64,000 bases of DNA from Escherichia phage EC150, in sequence record ON210137.1. One strand, given 5' to 3'. The translations under genes and the position numbers were made by a program. Position 1 is the stretch's first letter. Each line of letters begins with the position of its first letter. Below the pieces are notes generated by a model. It saw only the letters and a program-made list of their open reading frames with translations, did no database searches and was not told the DNA's origin. Shown here piece by piece: positions 37,650 to 46,955 of this stretch.

Positions 37650-39437
37650 ATGCCAACACTTATTAACAGACCTTTCGCGCAAAGCGGTGATGTATCCGTG
37701 GTGCCGGATGCAAGCCCAAGCGGTTATGTGAACTTCCAGCGCGGCTACACCCCTGACTATGCACTTGCCCTGGAGGCTGGAAACGTCGCCGCGAAAGCTG
37801 TTGAGCGCGAATCAATGAACTGGTTGCTGAATTTGATTACAGACAACCTTATGTTTATTCAAGATCATGGCGCTCAACAATATTTCTCTTCTGACTTGAA
37901 GCCGGATGGATACCCGAAAAACGCCATCGTAGTAAGCAACTCTGGAACGCCTTCAGCGCCTGAGTGGCGCATCTTTCAAAGCGTGGTCGACGGCAACACA
38001 AGCGCCGTACCAGCTAACGGAGAAACGGAATCTTGGCAGGAATTAACGTTGCCCAGCGAAGCGCGAAAATACATTCCGATGCCTGCTGGCGGCGATGCGC
38101 AAAACCCGTACTTTGTTCGCGGATTGATTTCAAGTTTTGTGGACTTCGATAATATTACGACTTCCACCACTATTGTAATTCAATCCGATTCCGTCGCTGC
38201 TCTGTGCTCTAACATCCCGAATGCGGTTGGCGCAACGAAGGTTGCAGGTCGGCTGCAGGTCTGCGCTTGGCAGGTCGATGCACAAACATTTGCCTTGCAG
38301 CAATATACATCAATGAATGGCTATTTGTTTACTCGCTCTTACACTTCTGGTGCTTGGAGTGCTTGGATTCAAAATGCCACTGTTCAAGACGTGCAAATCG
38401 GAACTCCAAACCTTGCATCTGGTAAAGGCGCGCAAGATATAATCCTCACCGTTCCAGCAGGGTATTCATGGCCACCTTCTGCGGGTAGTCGTTTGACCAT
38501 CGTCAATGACGTGACTACTACCGGACCTGTCACCGTGACCATTGGTGTAAACAAAGTTGCCGTTCTTGGATTCGACGGCGGCGAGTTACCAGCTGGCGCT
38601 ATCGTAGGCTTGTTGCCATTCACCATCATTTATGACGGCGCTGTTTGGCGTCTCCTTCAGGCATTTGGCGCGGCGCAAATCGGCGTTGATGCTACTGAGC
38701 CGCAACAGTTTGTTACAAAGCGCCAACTCGATGCTTTGGCTGCGAAGTTGATCACTATGGGTGATGTATTCGAAGTAGGTGAGACTCGATTCCTCACCAA
38801 CGGGACCAACCCAAACACTAAACTGGGCGCTTACGGTCAGGTATGGACACGACTTCCTGATAACATGGTCATCAGAACATCTGGCACGGCGCGAAACGGT
38901 CTTGCCACTGGCGGCGCGGACTCTGTTACTCTTACCGCCGCCATGCTTCCTCTCCACAATCACAGCGTCAACATAACAACGCGCCAGAGCGGACCATGGT
39001 CCAATACAACTGGAGACGCAGGTAACCATAACCACACAGGCGATACAAGCCAAAACGGCGCTCACGTCCACGGTATGGATGCAGCAGGGAATCACCATCA
39101 CGACAGCGGTTGGGGAGAGTCAAACGTTCAAGATGCAAGGTACGGCGTTTATGATGGAACGCAAAACAACTTCGGAAGTCGAAAGGGCGGCGACTGGGAT
39201 AACTACAAATACAATACTTCAACTAATGGCAACCATGTCCATAATATTCAATCTTCTGGATCACACACCCATGGTTTGAATATAAATTACGCTGGTAATC
39301 ATAGCCATGGCTATACACTTCCCGCTCACACTCACGATGTGGTCGGGAATACTGGCGATGCAGGACAGTTGGTGCCAACGGCTGTTGCGACTTTGCCGCG
39401 ATACGTTGTTTTGAATGGCTGGTACAGAAGCGCATAA
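37650..39437 (+). CDS. tail fibre protein with His-rich HxH repeats in distal part
   Basis: GAGGAA Shine-Dalgarno before ATG 37650; repeated HxH motifs (NHNHTGD, AHVHG, GNHHHD, NHVHN, SHTHG, NHSHG, AHTHD) as in metal-binding fibre tips. Confidence 0.7.
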   Translation: MPTLINRPFAQSGDVSVVPDASPSGYVNFQRGYTPDYALALEAGNVAAKAVERESMNWLLNLITDNLMFIQDHGAQQYFSSDLKPDGYPKNAIVVSNSGTPSAPEWRIFQSVVDGNTSAVPANGETESWQELTLPSEARKYIPMPAGGDAQNPYFVRGLISSFVDFDNITTSTTIVIQSDSVAALCSNIPNAVGATKVAGRLQVCAWQVDAQTFALQQYTSMNGYLFTRSYTSGAWSAWIQNATVQDVQIGTPNLASGKGAQDIILTVPAGYSWPPSAGSRLTIVNDVTTTGPVTVTIGVNKVAVLGFDGGELPAGAIVGLLPFTIIYDGAVWRLLQAFGAAQIGVDATEPQQFVTKRQLDALAAKLITMGDVFEVGETRFLTNGTNPNTKLGAYGQVWTRLPDNMVIRTSGTARNGLATGGADSVTLTAAMLPLHNHSVNITTRQSGPWSNTTGDAGNHNHTGDTSQNGAHVHGMDAAGNHHHDSGWGESNVQDARYGVYDGTQNNFGSRKGGDWDNYKYNTSTNGNHVHNIQSSGSHTHGLNINYAGNHSHGYTLPAHTHDVVGNTGDAGQLVPTAVATLPRYVVLNGWYRSA

Positions 39438-39445
39438 GGTGATTT

Positions 39446-40090
39446 ATGATTAATGCAAACGTAATATCTAAAGGGACCGGATGCAGCATGGATGTTGCAG
39501 AGAAATGGGTGGACCCTTTCAAGCAGGCTTGTGAGCACTACGGAATCAAAAGCAAGAATGCCATCGCGGCATTCCTTGCAAACGTAGGAGTAGAGACGGG
39601 CAGCTTGAAGACCTTTGTGGAAAATCTCAACTACTCTGCTCAAGGTCTTGCCAATACATGGCCTAGTCGTTACAGCGTCAGCGGTCGCTCTGGAAGTGCC
39701 CCGAACTCATTGGCCCTGTCGATTGCCCGTAAACCTGTGGAAATCGCCAATAATACATATGCAAACCGCATGGGCAACGGTTCAGTAGCATCTGGCGACG
39801 GTTGGAAGTACCGTGGCCGTGGTGCCATTCAGCTGACTGGAAAGGCCAACTATGCGGAATATACGCGTCAATCAGGCTATGATGCATTGAACAATCCTGA
39901 TATTCTGACTGAACCAAAATACATTGCTGACAGCGCGGCATGGTTCTTTAAGAATAGCGGCTGTATTCCTCTTGCGGATGCAGGAAATTTTGATTCAACC
40001 GTTAAGCGGATTAACGGGGCCGCGCCGAACGCAGCAAACCACGGTGAGTTGCGAAGAAAGCGTTACAAAGATGCACTAGCAGTTATGTAA
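39446..40090 (+). CDS. endolysin, glycoside hydrolase family 19-like
   Basis: Motifs AAFLANVGVETGSL and YRGRGAIQLTGKANY match GH19 chitinase/lysozyme catalytic region; last gene of late operon. Confidence 0.8.
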   Translation: MINANVISKGTGCSMDVAEKWVDPFKQACEHYGIKSKNAIAAFLANVGVETGSLKTFVENLNYSAQGLANTWPSRYSVSGRSGSAPNSLALSIARKPVEIANNTYANRMGNGSVASGDGWKYRGRGAIQLTGKANYAEYTRQSGYDALNNPDILTEPKYIADSAAWFFKNSGCIPLADAGNFDSTVKRINGAAPNAANHGELRRKRYKDALAVM

Positions 40091-40092
40091 GA

Positions 40093-40122
40093 AAAAGGCC
40101 CATATGGGCCTTTGTTTATTTT
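40093..40122. terminator. bidirectional rho-independent terminator (GGCCCA-TA-TGGGCC flanked by A-tract and T-tract)
   Basis: Perfect palindrome 40097-40110 with AAAAA upstream and TTTGTTTATTTT downstream; between convergent endolysin and minus-strand genes. Confidence 0.7.
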
Positions 40123-40328
40123 ACGGCTTCAACTTGGACGGGCGGAGCGGAACTTGTATCAATGTCTGGTAAGTCGAAATAATACCCCGCCATACCAATT
40201 GCACCCACAATCGCGGCCCGTGCCACCTTGCTGCTAATTGACTCCCCAATAAGCTTTACCAACAGGGATAAGATTTGAGACATCAAAGCCTTTTTCAGCC
40301 TTTTGTTTTCTTCCAAATCTTTCTGCAT
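40116..40328 (-). CDS. small membrane protein (one transmembrane helix), possible holin-like
   Basis: ORF track, internal Met start; hydrophobic AAIVGAIGMAGYYF; convergent with endolysin. Confidence 0.35.
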   Translation of the reverse strand: MQKDLEENKRLKKALMSQILSLLVKLIGESISSKVARAAIVGAIGMAGYYFDLPDIDTSSAPPVQVEAVK

Positions 40329-40342
40329 AACTACCACCCATG

Positions 40343-40885
40343 TCAACGCACTTCCTGTGTCTTAACATTACCTGAAGCATCTCTCAAGGGCAGTGGATAG
40401 TAGGCCATTTGGTAGTCTGATACGCCTTCAATGTGATAAAACACGATTACGTCTTTGCTGTTGATGAGCATGTTAACGATATCTGATTTATCTTCTGGAG
40501 TGAGTATTAGTGCGCCGCCTGTCCTGCTGTCTACTGCAACAGGGTATGTCTTGTCGACAAGGCCGCTGTCCAATGTATTATACCTGACAACGATTTCAGG
40601 GGCATCAACTTTTTCCATTGACATTCCGAACACAAACGACACGACCTGCCGACCGCGATCATTCATTACGCACATCTTTTCTTTGTCAAATCTTTCTTTT
40701 ATTGCGTCGTATTTATTCCAGCAAAACTCAAATGACTGCCCATTGTTGAAATATCTTGTCAAAACTTTTGCACTTCCATTCGGCGGCGTAAACATATTTT
40801 CAGCCGATGCAGTCTTGGTGAAGAATATAACTGTCAGCACAGCCATGATGATGATCAAAACAATCTTTAACTTGTTCGCTTTCAT
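40343..40885 (-). CDS. exported protein with N-terminal signal peptide (180 aa)
   Basis: N-terminal hydrophobic stretch then ASAEN (signal peptidase-like site). Confidence 0.5.
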   Translation of the reverse strand: MKANKLKIVLIIIMAVLTVIFFTKTASAENMFTPPNGSAKVLTRYFNNGQSFEFCWNKYDAIKERFDKEKMCVMNDRGRQVVSFVFGMSMEKVDAPEIVVRYNTLDSGLVDKTYPVAVDSRTGGALILTPEDKSDIVNMLINSKDVIVFYHIEGVSDYQMAYYPLPLRDASGNVKTQEVR

Positions 40886-40965
40886 TATAATTCACCTTTT
40901 GATTATGAATATTAATAGTATAGGCTCAAGGTTTTGAAAGTAAATACGCCGAAAGTAAATAAAAG

Positions 40966-40990
40966 AAAAGCCGGAAATTTCCGGCTTTAT
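40966..40990 (-). terminator. rho-independent terminator (AAAGCCGGAAATTTCCGGCTTT palindrome, T-tract on minus strand)
   Basis: Palindrome read directly; about 70 nt downstream of stop of CDS 41061..42038. Confidence 0.6.
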
Positions 40991-41060
40991 GTATACACTG
41001 TATATTAAATTCTAGAAAACGGCGCGATAGATTATACGCACCAATTATTTATCCAGTGTG

Positions 41061-42038
41061 TTAAAAATACTCCATATCGGTAATATCACGGAAGCATTTA
41101 TACAAGGCAGAGCGCGGCACGTCAACGATGCCAAAGTTGAAGAATTTATATGTCAGATACTTGTTGCGATAATTCTCGCGATTCTCCCAAAGCATTTTTC
41201 TCTCTGCCATAGGCATTGAACCAGCGGATACGCGGAAAGGAATCATTTCACCTTTCTCATCAACATATTTTGGATTGACAACCACAAATGATCCAAGGTA
41301 TCCTTTTGCAACTAAGCCTTCAGCCTCTTTCGAACGCTTAGTGCGACCCAACTCATCAATGAATGCTTCGTTGTTATTCTCCATCATCTCAACGAAGTCT
41401 ATGATCAGACCTTCTTCATCGGTCCACGGCTTGTCCTTCCACACATCACGTGACTTTGGCGTCGCGCGGCCATGCTTGTATTTGCCCGTCCAAGACTTGC
41501 CATACAAGCCTTCATAGCCAAGCTGGTCTGCTTCGATTTGCATCGCCGCGTACTGTTCCATATTTTCGATGTTTCGATATTCGAGAGCGCGAAGGAATGG
41601 GCGTCGACCATGGTTGAGGAGGTGCTGATTGACTTCAGCAACTCTAGCGCGATAGTTTGCATAACGCTTTTCAAAAGGCAAATCAGGGTCGCTGAAGTCA
41701 TCAAACACCCACCATGTAAAGTTAGTGATTGCATCAGTGTTCATGCATGCAGTATAGGCCTGTTGCATGACGTTCTTGTCGTTCGGATTACCGTCAATTA
41801 GCTCTCCATCAAGTCCGTGAATCAATTCACCCAAGAATAGGAACTCTTTTTTGATTTGAATATTGCGCAGCGCCATGCCGGACGTGCCCATTGGCAAGTT
41901 GTCATACGCCATCGCGCGTATGCCATCGACCTTGAAGGATAATCCGCAAGGCAGCGGCACATCTTCGCCGCGCTCGATGATTTGTTTACGCTGACAGCCT
42001 TTCATTGGTTTTAATGCTTTGATTTCTCCTGCCATCAC
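41061..42038 (-). CDS. ATP-dependent DNA ligase (putative)
   Basis: Nucleotidyltransferase motif I KVDGIR (KxDGxR) with downstream motif III-like FLGELIHGLDGELI. Confidence 0.55.
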   Translation of the reverse strand: MMAGEIKALKPMKGCQRKQIIERGEDVPLPCGLSFKVDGIRAMAYDNLPMGTSGMALRNIQIKKEFLFLGELIHGLDGELIDGNPNDKNVMQQAYTACMNTDAITNFTWWVFDDFSDPDLPFEKRYANYRARVAEVNQHLLNHGRRPFLRALEYRNIENMEQYAAMQIEADQLGYEGLYGKSWTGKYKHGRATPKSRDVWKDKPWTDEEGLIIDFVEMMENNNEAFIDELGRTKRSKEAEGLVAKGYLGSFVVVNPKYVDEKGEMIPFRVSAGSMPMAERKMLWENRENYRNKYLTYKFFNFGIVDVPRSALYKCFRDITDMEYF

Positions 42039-42628
42039 TCAAACTCCTTATTCATCACTTGTTCCAGCGCATAGGCATAAGCCTGATCAGTCGATTTGAT
42101 AAACGTTCCGTTGTACATCACACCTTTACGGTCCTTGATGTCTTCATAGGCGGCTTGAGCGCAATCAGACAGTCGAAGTCCATAATCATGTGCTACGCCG
42201 GAAAGATAATCGACTGCGCCCATGATGGTGACATCAATATCCATACTTTGATTTTTAGCAATGGCGTCACCAAGCCGTCCAAGAGTCTTTGCCAAGCGAA
42301 GGATAAACGAGTGAGGGTGAGCGCCTTTGTCAGCGCAACCGCCGCCGTTGATGTCTTCGATTTTTGCACCGTTTTGCGCGGCAAGAATAGTTAACACAAC
42401 AAGGCAATCGCCGATGTCATCCTTGATTGCGGATTGTAAATCACAGATGGCCTGCTCTGTATATCCGATTTCAGGGTCAAAGAACACAAGGTCATGTAAT
42501 TGATCAACGTGGTCGGTCAACTCCCCAAACTCGCTAATAAGCTTCGGGTATTGGTCCTTAAGGTCGCAGCCTTGGATGATGTTACGTTCAGAAGCCCACT
42601 GGCGAATGTTTGCATAAATCTGGTTCAT
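42035..42628 (-). CDS. MazG-like nucleotide pyrophosphohydrolase (putative)
   Basis: All-alpha protein with EFGELTDHVDQLHD and DIGDCLVVL acidic motifs reminiscent of MazG EExxE/D boxes. Confidence 0.45.
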   Translation of the reverse strand: MNQIYANIRQWASERNIIQGCDLKDQYPKLISEFGELTDHVDQLHDLVFFDPEIGYTEQAICDLQSAIKDDIGDCLVVLTILAAQNGAKIEDINGGGCADKGAHPHSFILRLAKTLGRLGDAIAKNQSMDIDVTIMGAVDYLSGVAHDYGLRLSDCAQAAYEDIKDRKGVMYNGTFIKSTDQAYAYALEQVMNKEFE

Positions 42629-43143
42629 TTATTTTCCTTTGATGCGTTGAATTGATCGATTTTAATTTTAGCCTGATTATAAGTATCAATCAAGCTATTA
42701 ACCTTCTCTTTTAATCGGTTTGTTTCTGCGGCGAACTGAACAAGAAATCTGACATCGTCTTCTGATAGTCCACAGTTTCCTTCTGGGATAGAGAGGCGTC
42801 CAGTGGTCGCAGAGTCGGGCACACTCCTGAGTAACTCACGGGAGCAGCTGAGTTGCTCGCGCAGCTTGATATTCCCAGACTTGTAACGAGCAATAGTGTC
42901 ATCAGCAACCAGTTGCGCTTCCTGGCGACCCTTCTCATATGCCGATGCCGATTCAACCTGTAAAGATGCAATTTGCTCTTCGAGTGCATTTATCTTGTCC
43001 TTACGCTCATTAAGCGATGTCAGATATTGATTATCCTTTGCCAGTGATGCGTTGGTTTGCTGCAGGTCTTCAACGTATGATCCAGCGGCAAACGCGCCAA
43101 CAAGGGCAAGAATCTTCAGGAGCGGTACAATTCTTTCTATCAT
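42625..43143 (-). CDS. Rz-like inner-membrane spanin (i-spanin, putative)
   Basis: N-terminal transmembrane helix IVPLLKILALVGAFAAGSYV then coiled-coil region; embedded alternative-frame lipoprotein ORF. Confidence 0.5.
   Translation of the reverse strand: MIERIVPLLKILALVGAFAAGSYVEDLQQTNASLAKDNQYLTSLNERKDKINALEEQIASLQVESASAYEKGRQEAQLVADDTIARYKSGNIKLREQLSCSRELLRSVPDSATTGRLSIPEGNCGLSEDDVRFLVQFAAETNRLKEKVNSLIDTYNQAKIKIDQFNASKENK
42711..42938 (-). CDS. Rz1-like outer-membrane lipoprotein spanin (o-spanin, putative), embedded in alternate frame
   Basis: Alternate-frame ORF inside CDS 42625..43143; signal MRRVARKRNWLLMTLLLVTSLGISS followed by Cys (lipobox-like ISSC). Confidence 0.4.
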   Translation of the reverse strand: MRRVARKRNWLLMTLLLVTSLGISSCASNSAAPVSYSGVCPTLRPLDASLSQKETVDYQKTMSDFLFSSPQKQTD

Positions 43144-43155
43144 GATGCACCAGAT

Positions 43156-43182
43156 AAATAAAAGGCCGCCAATCGGCAGCCT
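43156..43182 (-). terminator. rho-independent terminator on minus strand (GGCTGCC-GATT-GGCGGCC then TTTTATTTAT)
   Basis: Hairpin with one mismatch plus T-tract when read on the minus strand; downstream of CDS 43201..44061. Confidence 0.5.
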
Positions 43183-43200
43183 TGTTGATTTGATTGTCGA

Positions 43201-44061
43201 TTAAAACTCTTCTGCGTCGGTCGGAGTTTCATTGACAGGACCAGCGGCACCGCTTGCTTCTTCCTGCTTGCTGCGGTCAATGTTAACGTTGCCGCCAACT
43301 ACGTCGTTGTGGAATGCTTTGGCGACTTCGTACAAACCTTTGTCCTGCACCAGACCTTCCAGCTCAAACTTCAGAACTGACCATGTGTTGCCGTCTTTGG
43401 ACTGGGATGCAGTACCCATGCGAACGATGTTCATAAAGGTCGGCGGCGTTTTCAGACCCTGCGGAGTCTGAACTTTCTTCTGCTGCAGAGCGGTCATCAG
43501 CATGCGAGACGGCTTGATCATGGAAGAAGTCAGAGACAGCATTGCGCTACCAAATTCACCAGTTTCTTCGTTCAACAGAATCACAAAGTGGTTGCGTGTA
43601 TCTGCGTAGTAAGGCGATTTCTTCTCGTGCACCTTGCCGTTTTCGTCCGGCACGAATACCTTACCGTTGATCTCAACAGCGCGGCCTGCCGCGACTTCTG
43701 CATCAACGTGCTCTTTGGTGAATTCACCTTTAAAGCCTTTATCGTCGGACTCGCGACCGCCCCAAAGGATGAAGGTGCGTTTGAATGCGCAAGGGATGAT
43801 CTGCACGCCTTTCTTACCGTCATACAACTCACCAGTAACGGTGTTGTAAAGCATTCCGGCTTTTGCGCCAGGAACGTGTTTTGGATCATCTTCGTCGACC
43901 ATAGGAGACATCTTCTGCAGGACGACGATAAAAGGAATGGCATACGCATCGGCATCGGCACCTTCAAAACCAGCGCCAAAATCGGTCATGTCGACAAAAT
44001 CAGCCATAGCGGACATCTGGGTGTTTTTCACTGCAACTTCGGTAGTTTCTTTCTTAGACAT
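43201..44061 (-). CDS. putative single-stranded DNA-binding protein (acidic C-terminal tail ending in Phe)
   Basis: 286 aa; C-terminus ...ETPTDAEEF resembles acidic tails of SSB/T7 gp2.5-type proteins; replication module context. Confidence 0.35.
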   Translation of the reverse strand: MSKKETTEVAVKNTQMSAMADFVDMTDFGAGFEGADADAYAIPFIVVLQKMSPMVDEDDPKHVPGAKAGMLYNTVTGELYDGKKGVQIIPCAFKRTFILWGGRESDDKGFKGEFTKEHVDAEVAAGRAVEINGKVFVPDENGKVHEKKSPYYADTRNHFVILLNEETGEFGSAMLSLTSSMIKPSRMLMTALQQKKVQTPQGLKTPPTFMNIVRMGTASQSKDGNTWSVLKFELEGLVQDKGLYEVAKAFHNDVVGGNVNIDRSKQEEASGAAGPVNETPTDAEEF

Positions 44062-44120
44062 TTGATATTTTCCTATAGTATCAAGTTTCGTGGCAACCTG
44101 ATTTCAAGATAAAGGTTAAA

Positions 44121-44678
44121 TTACTTTTTGCTTTTAGGCAAGGTTATTTTAGCTTCTTTGTATTCAAAAACGCTAATATCTTCACTAACTGGATTGCCTG
44201 CTTCCAGCTGTTCTTTTACAAATGACTTCAGTGTAGCAGAATGAACGCCTTGTTTCAAGGTGGCTTCAACACCATCTTCACGCAGCGCGGCAACAATCTC
44301 TTGCGCCTGTTCGATTTCTTCGCGACCAAACTCAGCCGTGACGCTGGACTTGATCAGGCCGCCGTAACCGTTGTTTACAAGCCAATCGAAAACTTTTAAT
44401 TCGTTTTCTTTCTTGATTGAAGCGTTCACCTTGGACTCGACCTTGATTTTGGTCTTGTCCTCAAGCTTGATTTCGGACACGCCAAGCTCATCCATAACGC
44501 CAGGAAGCAAAACAGTTTTGATTTCACTGATACGCTGCTTTTGCATATCAGCTTCATCTTCAAGCTCTGTCAAAGCTTCTTGGCGTTCTGCCAGTTCAGA
44601 TACTAAGCGCGCAAGGCGCTCTTGAATGCTCTCAGGAGCAACCTGCGGCAAATCATCTTCCCAATTAATATTGCTCAT
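44121..44678 (-). CDS. hypothetical acidic coiled-coil protein (185 aa)
   Basis: ORF track. Confidence 0.5.
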   Translation of the reverse strand: MSNINWEDDLPQVAPESIQERLARLVSELAERQEALTELEDEADMQKQRISEIKTVLLPGVMDELGVSEIKLEDKTKIKVESKVNASIKKENELKVFDWLVNNGYGGLIKSSVTAEFGREEIEQAQEIVAALREDGVEATLKQGVHSATLKSFVKEQLEAGNPVSEDISVFEYKEAKITLPKSKK

Positions 44679-44938
44679 ATTTTACCTTCTTGCATTAGCC
44701 CTTCAACACGGGTCATTTGATAACGTTCAGGTTTCCAAGCCGCCAAAGCCTTCTCAGCGCCTTTTAAGGTTTTATACGCCTTGATGCCAGGCGTGATAAC
44801 AGTATTCACCCCAGCACCGTTGCCATAATCAAACTCTTTAACAACGCGAAACATTCCGTCAATTTCTTTGACCAAAAGACGTTTGAAAGCGATTGCGCCA
44901 GTAGCTTCATTTTTGTAACGTTCAAGGATGCGTACCAT
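44675..44938 (-). CDS. hypothetical protein (87 aa)
   Basis: ORF track; 4-nt overlap with downstream gene. Confidence 0.45.
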   Translation of the reverse strand: MVRILERYKNEATGAIAFKRLLVKEIDGMFRVVKEFDYGNGAGVNTVITPGIKAYKTLKGAEKALAAWKPERYQMTRVEGLMQEGKI

Positions 44939-45012
44939 TTTGTATTCCTCTGTTTCGTTTCGATGAAGTAATTATGACTCATCTTCCATGACAAGTCAAA
45001 TTATTTTTGATA

Positions 45013-46536
45013 TTAATTCATCTTTTTGCCGTCGAGGATGTGATCAGCAAGCATAGATTTCATGCTCAGTGAACGCTGAATTTCTTCGTCGATGGTATCA
45101 ACGCCAATAAAATCAACATACAACACGCTTGATTTGGTGCCGATGCGGTGATTTCGGTCTTCGGATTGTTTGCGCAGCTCGTTGTCGTAGTTGCAAGAAT
45201 AATAAATTGCCAAGTCAGCGGCGGTAAGCGTGATTCCGATGCCTGCCGCTGCAGCGTGACAAACCAAGACTTGCGTTCCACCGTTCTCGACTGTGTTTTT
45301 CTGGAAGTCATCAATCAAGAACTCGCGCTGCTCTTTTGACGTCTCACCGTTATATACACCAGTGACCACGCCTTCAGACTCAAGCCAATCCTTAATCTGG
45401 TTCATCTCTTCCTTAAAGATGGCCCAAACGATGAATTTGCGCTCTGGGTCGTCTTCCAGCACCCCTTCCACATAATCCTTAAAGGCCGTGAATCGTGGGT
45501 TGTCTTCCATGTAAACCATCTCATCATACACCTTAACAAAGCCTGATGTCACCTGCTTCATCTTAGTGCGCGACGCGATCATCTCAAACTTGACGTTTTC
45601 TTCTTCGCCCTTGTATTCCATCAAATAGTTGTACTCATTCTTGAGTTCATCGTAAACATCACGTTGTTTAGGCGACAACTCGAAGTCAATAAACTTGTAC
45701 ACCTTCTCTGGAAGGTCAGGCAAGTATTCTGCTTTTGTTGCACGAAAATAGTGCGGTTCCATCAGCCGGATAAGCTTGTCAAGGTTTTTGTACATCGGTC
45801 GGCCAAACTGGTCTTTGCGCGGCACTTGCGGAATCCCATAGCCATTGCCGCCGATTTTCTTGAGGATGGCTTGCATCTCTGGGTCGTGCGCTTCAAGCAG
45901 CACTGTAAATTCAGAGTTAAAGGCACGGAATGATTTAGTGCCGAGCAATCCTGCTTCAAGGAAGTGGTATTGCATGTAAATATCCGCAGGCGAGCGCGGC
46001 AACGGCGTGCCAGAAAGGATTCGACGGGCCTTTGCCAGCCGTCCCAATTCCACAACCTTGATGGAGCGTTTGGCTGTGTTATTCTTGATGCGCGTTGATT
46101 CGTCGATGATCATCAGGCAGCGGTACTTCTTCAAGACCGACTCGATGTGTTGATAACCGACTGGTGTGTTGACAGTGTCGATGTTGAATGAGAAGATGCG
46201 CGCAGGCACTTCGCCTTCGGGGTAGTGATCAGCAAACATCTTCTCCCAAAGCGCCTTGCCCTTTTTAGTTTTCATCTTATCGTTGCCGCGCCAGTAGTGT
46301 CCAATCCACTTGATGGAAAGGTGCTCTGGTGCTTCACGACGAATCCAGTTTGAGTGGACACCGTTTGGAGCGATGACGACCATGGCATCGAACGCGCCAG
46401 CGGCGAAGTGCTTTTCAAACTCTGCCAAAGCGGTCCAAGTTTTACCAAGACCCTGTTCCATGAAATAGGCAAAGTATTTTCTGCGGCCTGCTTTATCAAG
46501 CGCCAGAAGCTGGTGGCGCATCCCTTGTGTTTTCAT
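45013..46536 (-). CDS. SNF2-family (DEAD/DEAH-like) helicase
   Basis: Walker A EQGLGKT, DExx box MIIDESTRIKN, helicase C-terminal region. Confidence 0.75.
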   Translation of the reverse strand: MKTQGMRHQLLALDKAGRRKYFAYFMEQGLGKTWTALAEFEKHFAAGAFDAMVVIAPNGVHSNWIRREAPEHLSIKWIGHYWRGNDKMKTKKGKALWEKMFADHYPEGEVPARIFSFNIDTVNTPVGYQHIESVLKKYRCLMIIDESTRIKNNTAKRSIKVVELGRLAKARRILSGTPLPRSPADIYMQYHFLEAGLLGTKSFRAFNSEFTVLLEAHDPEMQAILKKIGGNGYGIPQVPRKDQFGRPMYKNLDKLIRLMEPHYFRATKAEYLPDLPEKVYKFIDFELSPKQRDVYDELKNEYNYLMEYKGEEENVKFEMIASRTKMKQVTSGFVKVYDEMVYMEDNPRFTAFKDYVEGVLEDDPERKFIVWAIFKEEMNQIKDWLESEGVVTGVYNGETSKEQREFLIDDFQKNTVENGGTQVLVCHAAAAGIGITLTAADLAIYYSCNYDNELRKQSEDRNHRIGTKSSVLYVDFIGVDTIDEEIQRSLSMKSMLADHILDGKKMN

Positions 46537-46955
46537 GACAATTCCTCTAAATACTTGATGATGTGGTGAATAGTTCCCTTCACGATTATCTCACGTTGAA
46601 CGTCTGCAATATTATAACGCTTTAATTCAATCGAAGGGTGGACTAAATAAAACATCTTCTCAGAATCGACTTTAAGCAAAACAAATGATGGGTATTTCCA
46701 ATCATTCCACGAAGAAAGAAAGCTGCACTGACCTTTCTCAAATGCATTTCTGAAAGGTGCAGTGGTGGCCCTTGCAGGCCACGATTCAAAGAACTTCATT
46801 TCAAGCCAAAAGCCGCGCCCTTTCCGGTTGGTGCCGATTACATCCGGCACACCATCACCCGTCATGGATTCGATTCTTTGAAGCTTCAATGCTGATTCTG
46901 AATGCTTCTTCAGGGGCACAAAAATGTATTTTTGTTCACGGTTGTTTGTTGCCAT
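46533..46955 (-). CDS. VRR-NUC domain nuclease (putative)
   Basis: GDGVPDVIG...GRGFWLEMK pattern resembles VRR-NUC; adjacent to SNF2 helicase as often seen; track start 47006 is an alternative. Confidence 0.5.
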   Translation of the reverse strand: MATNNREQKYIFVPLKKHSESALKLQRIESMTGDGVPDVIGTNRKGRGFWLEMKFFESWPARATTAPFRNAFEKGQCSFLSSWNDWKYPSFVLLKVDSEKMFYLVHPSIELKRYNIADVQREIIVKGTIHHIIKYLEELS

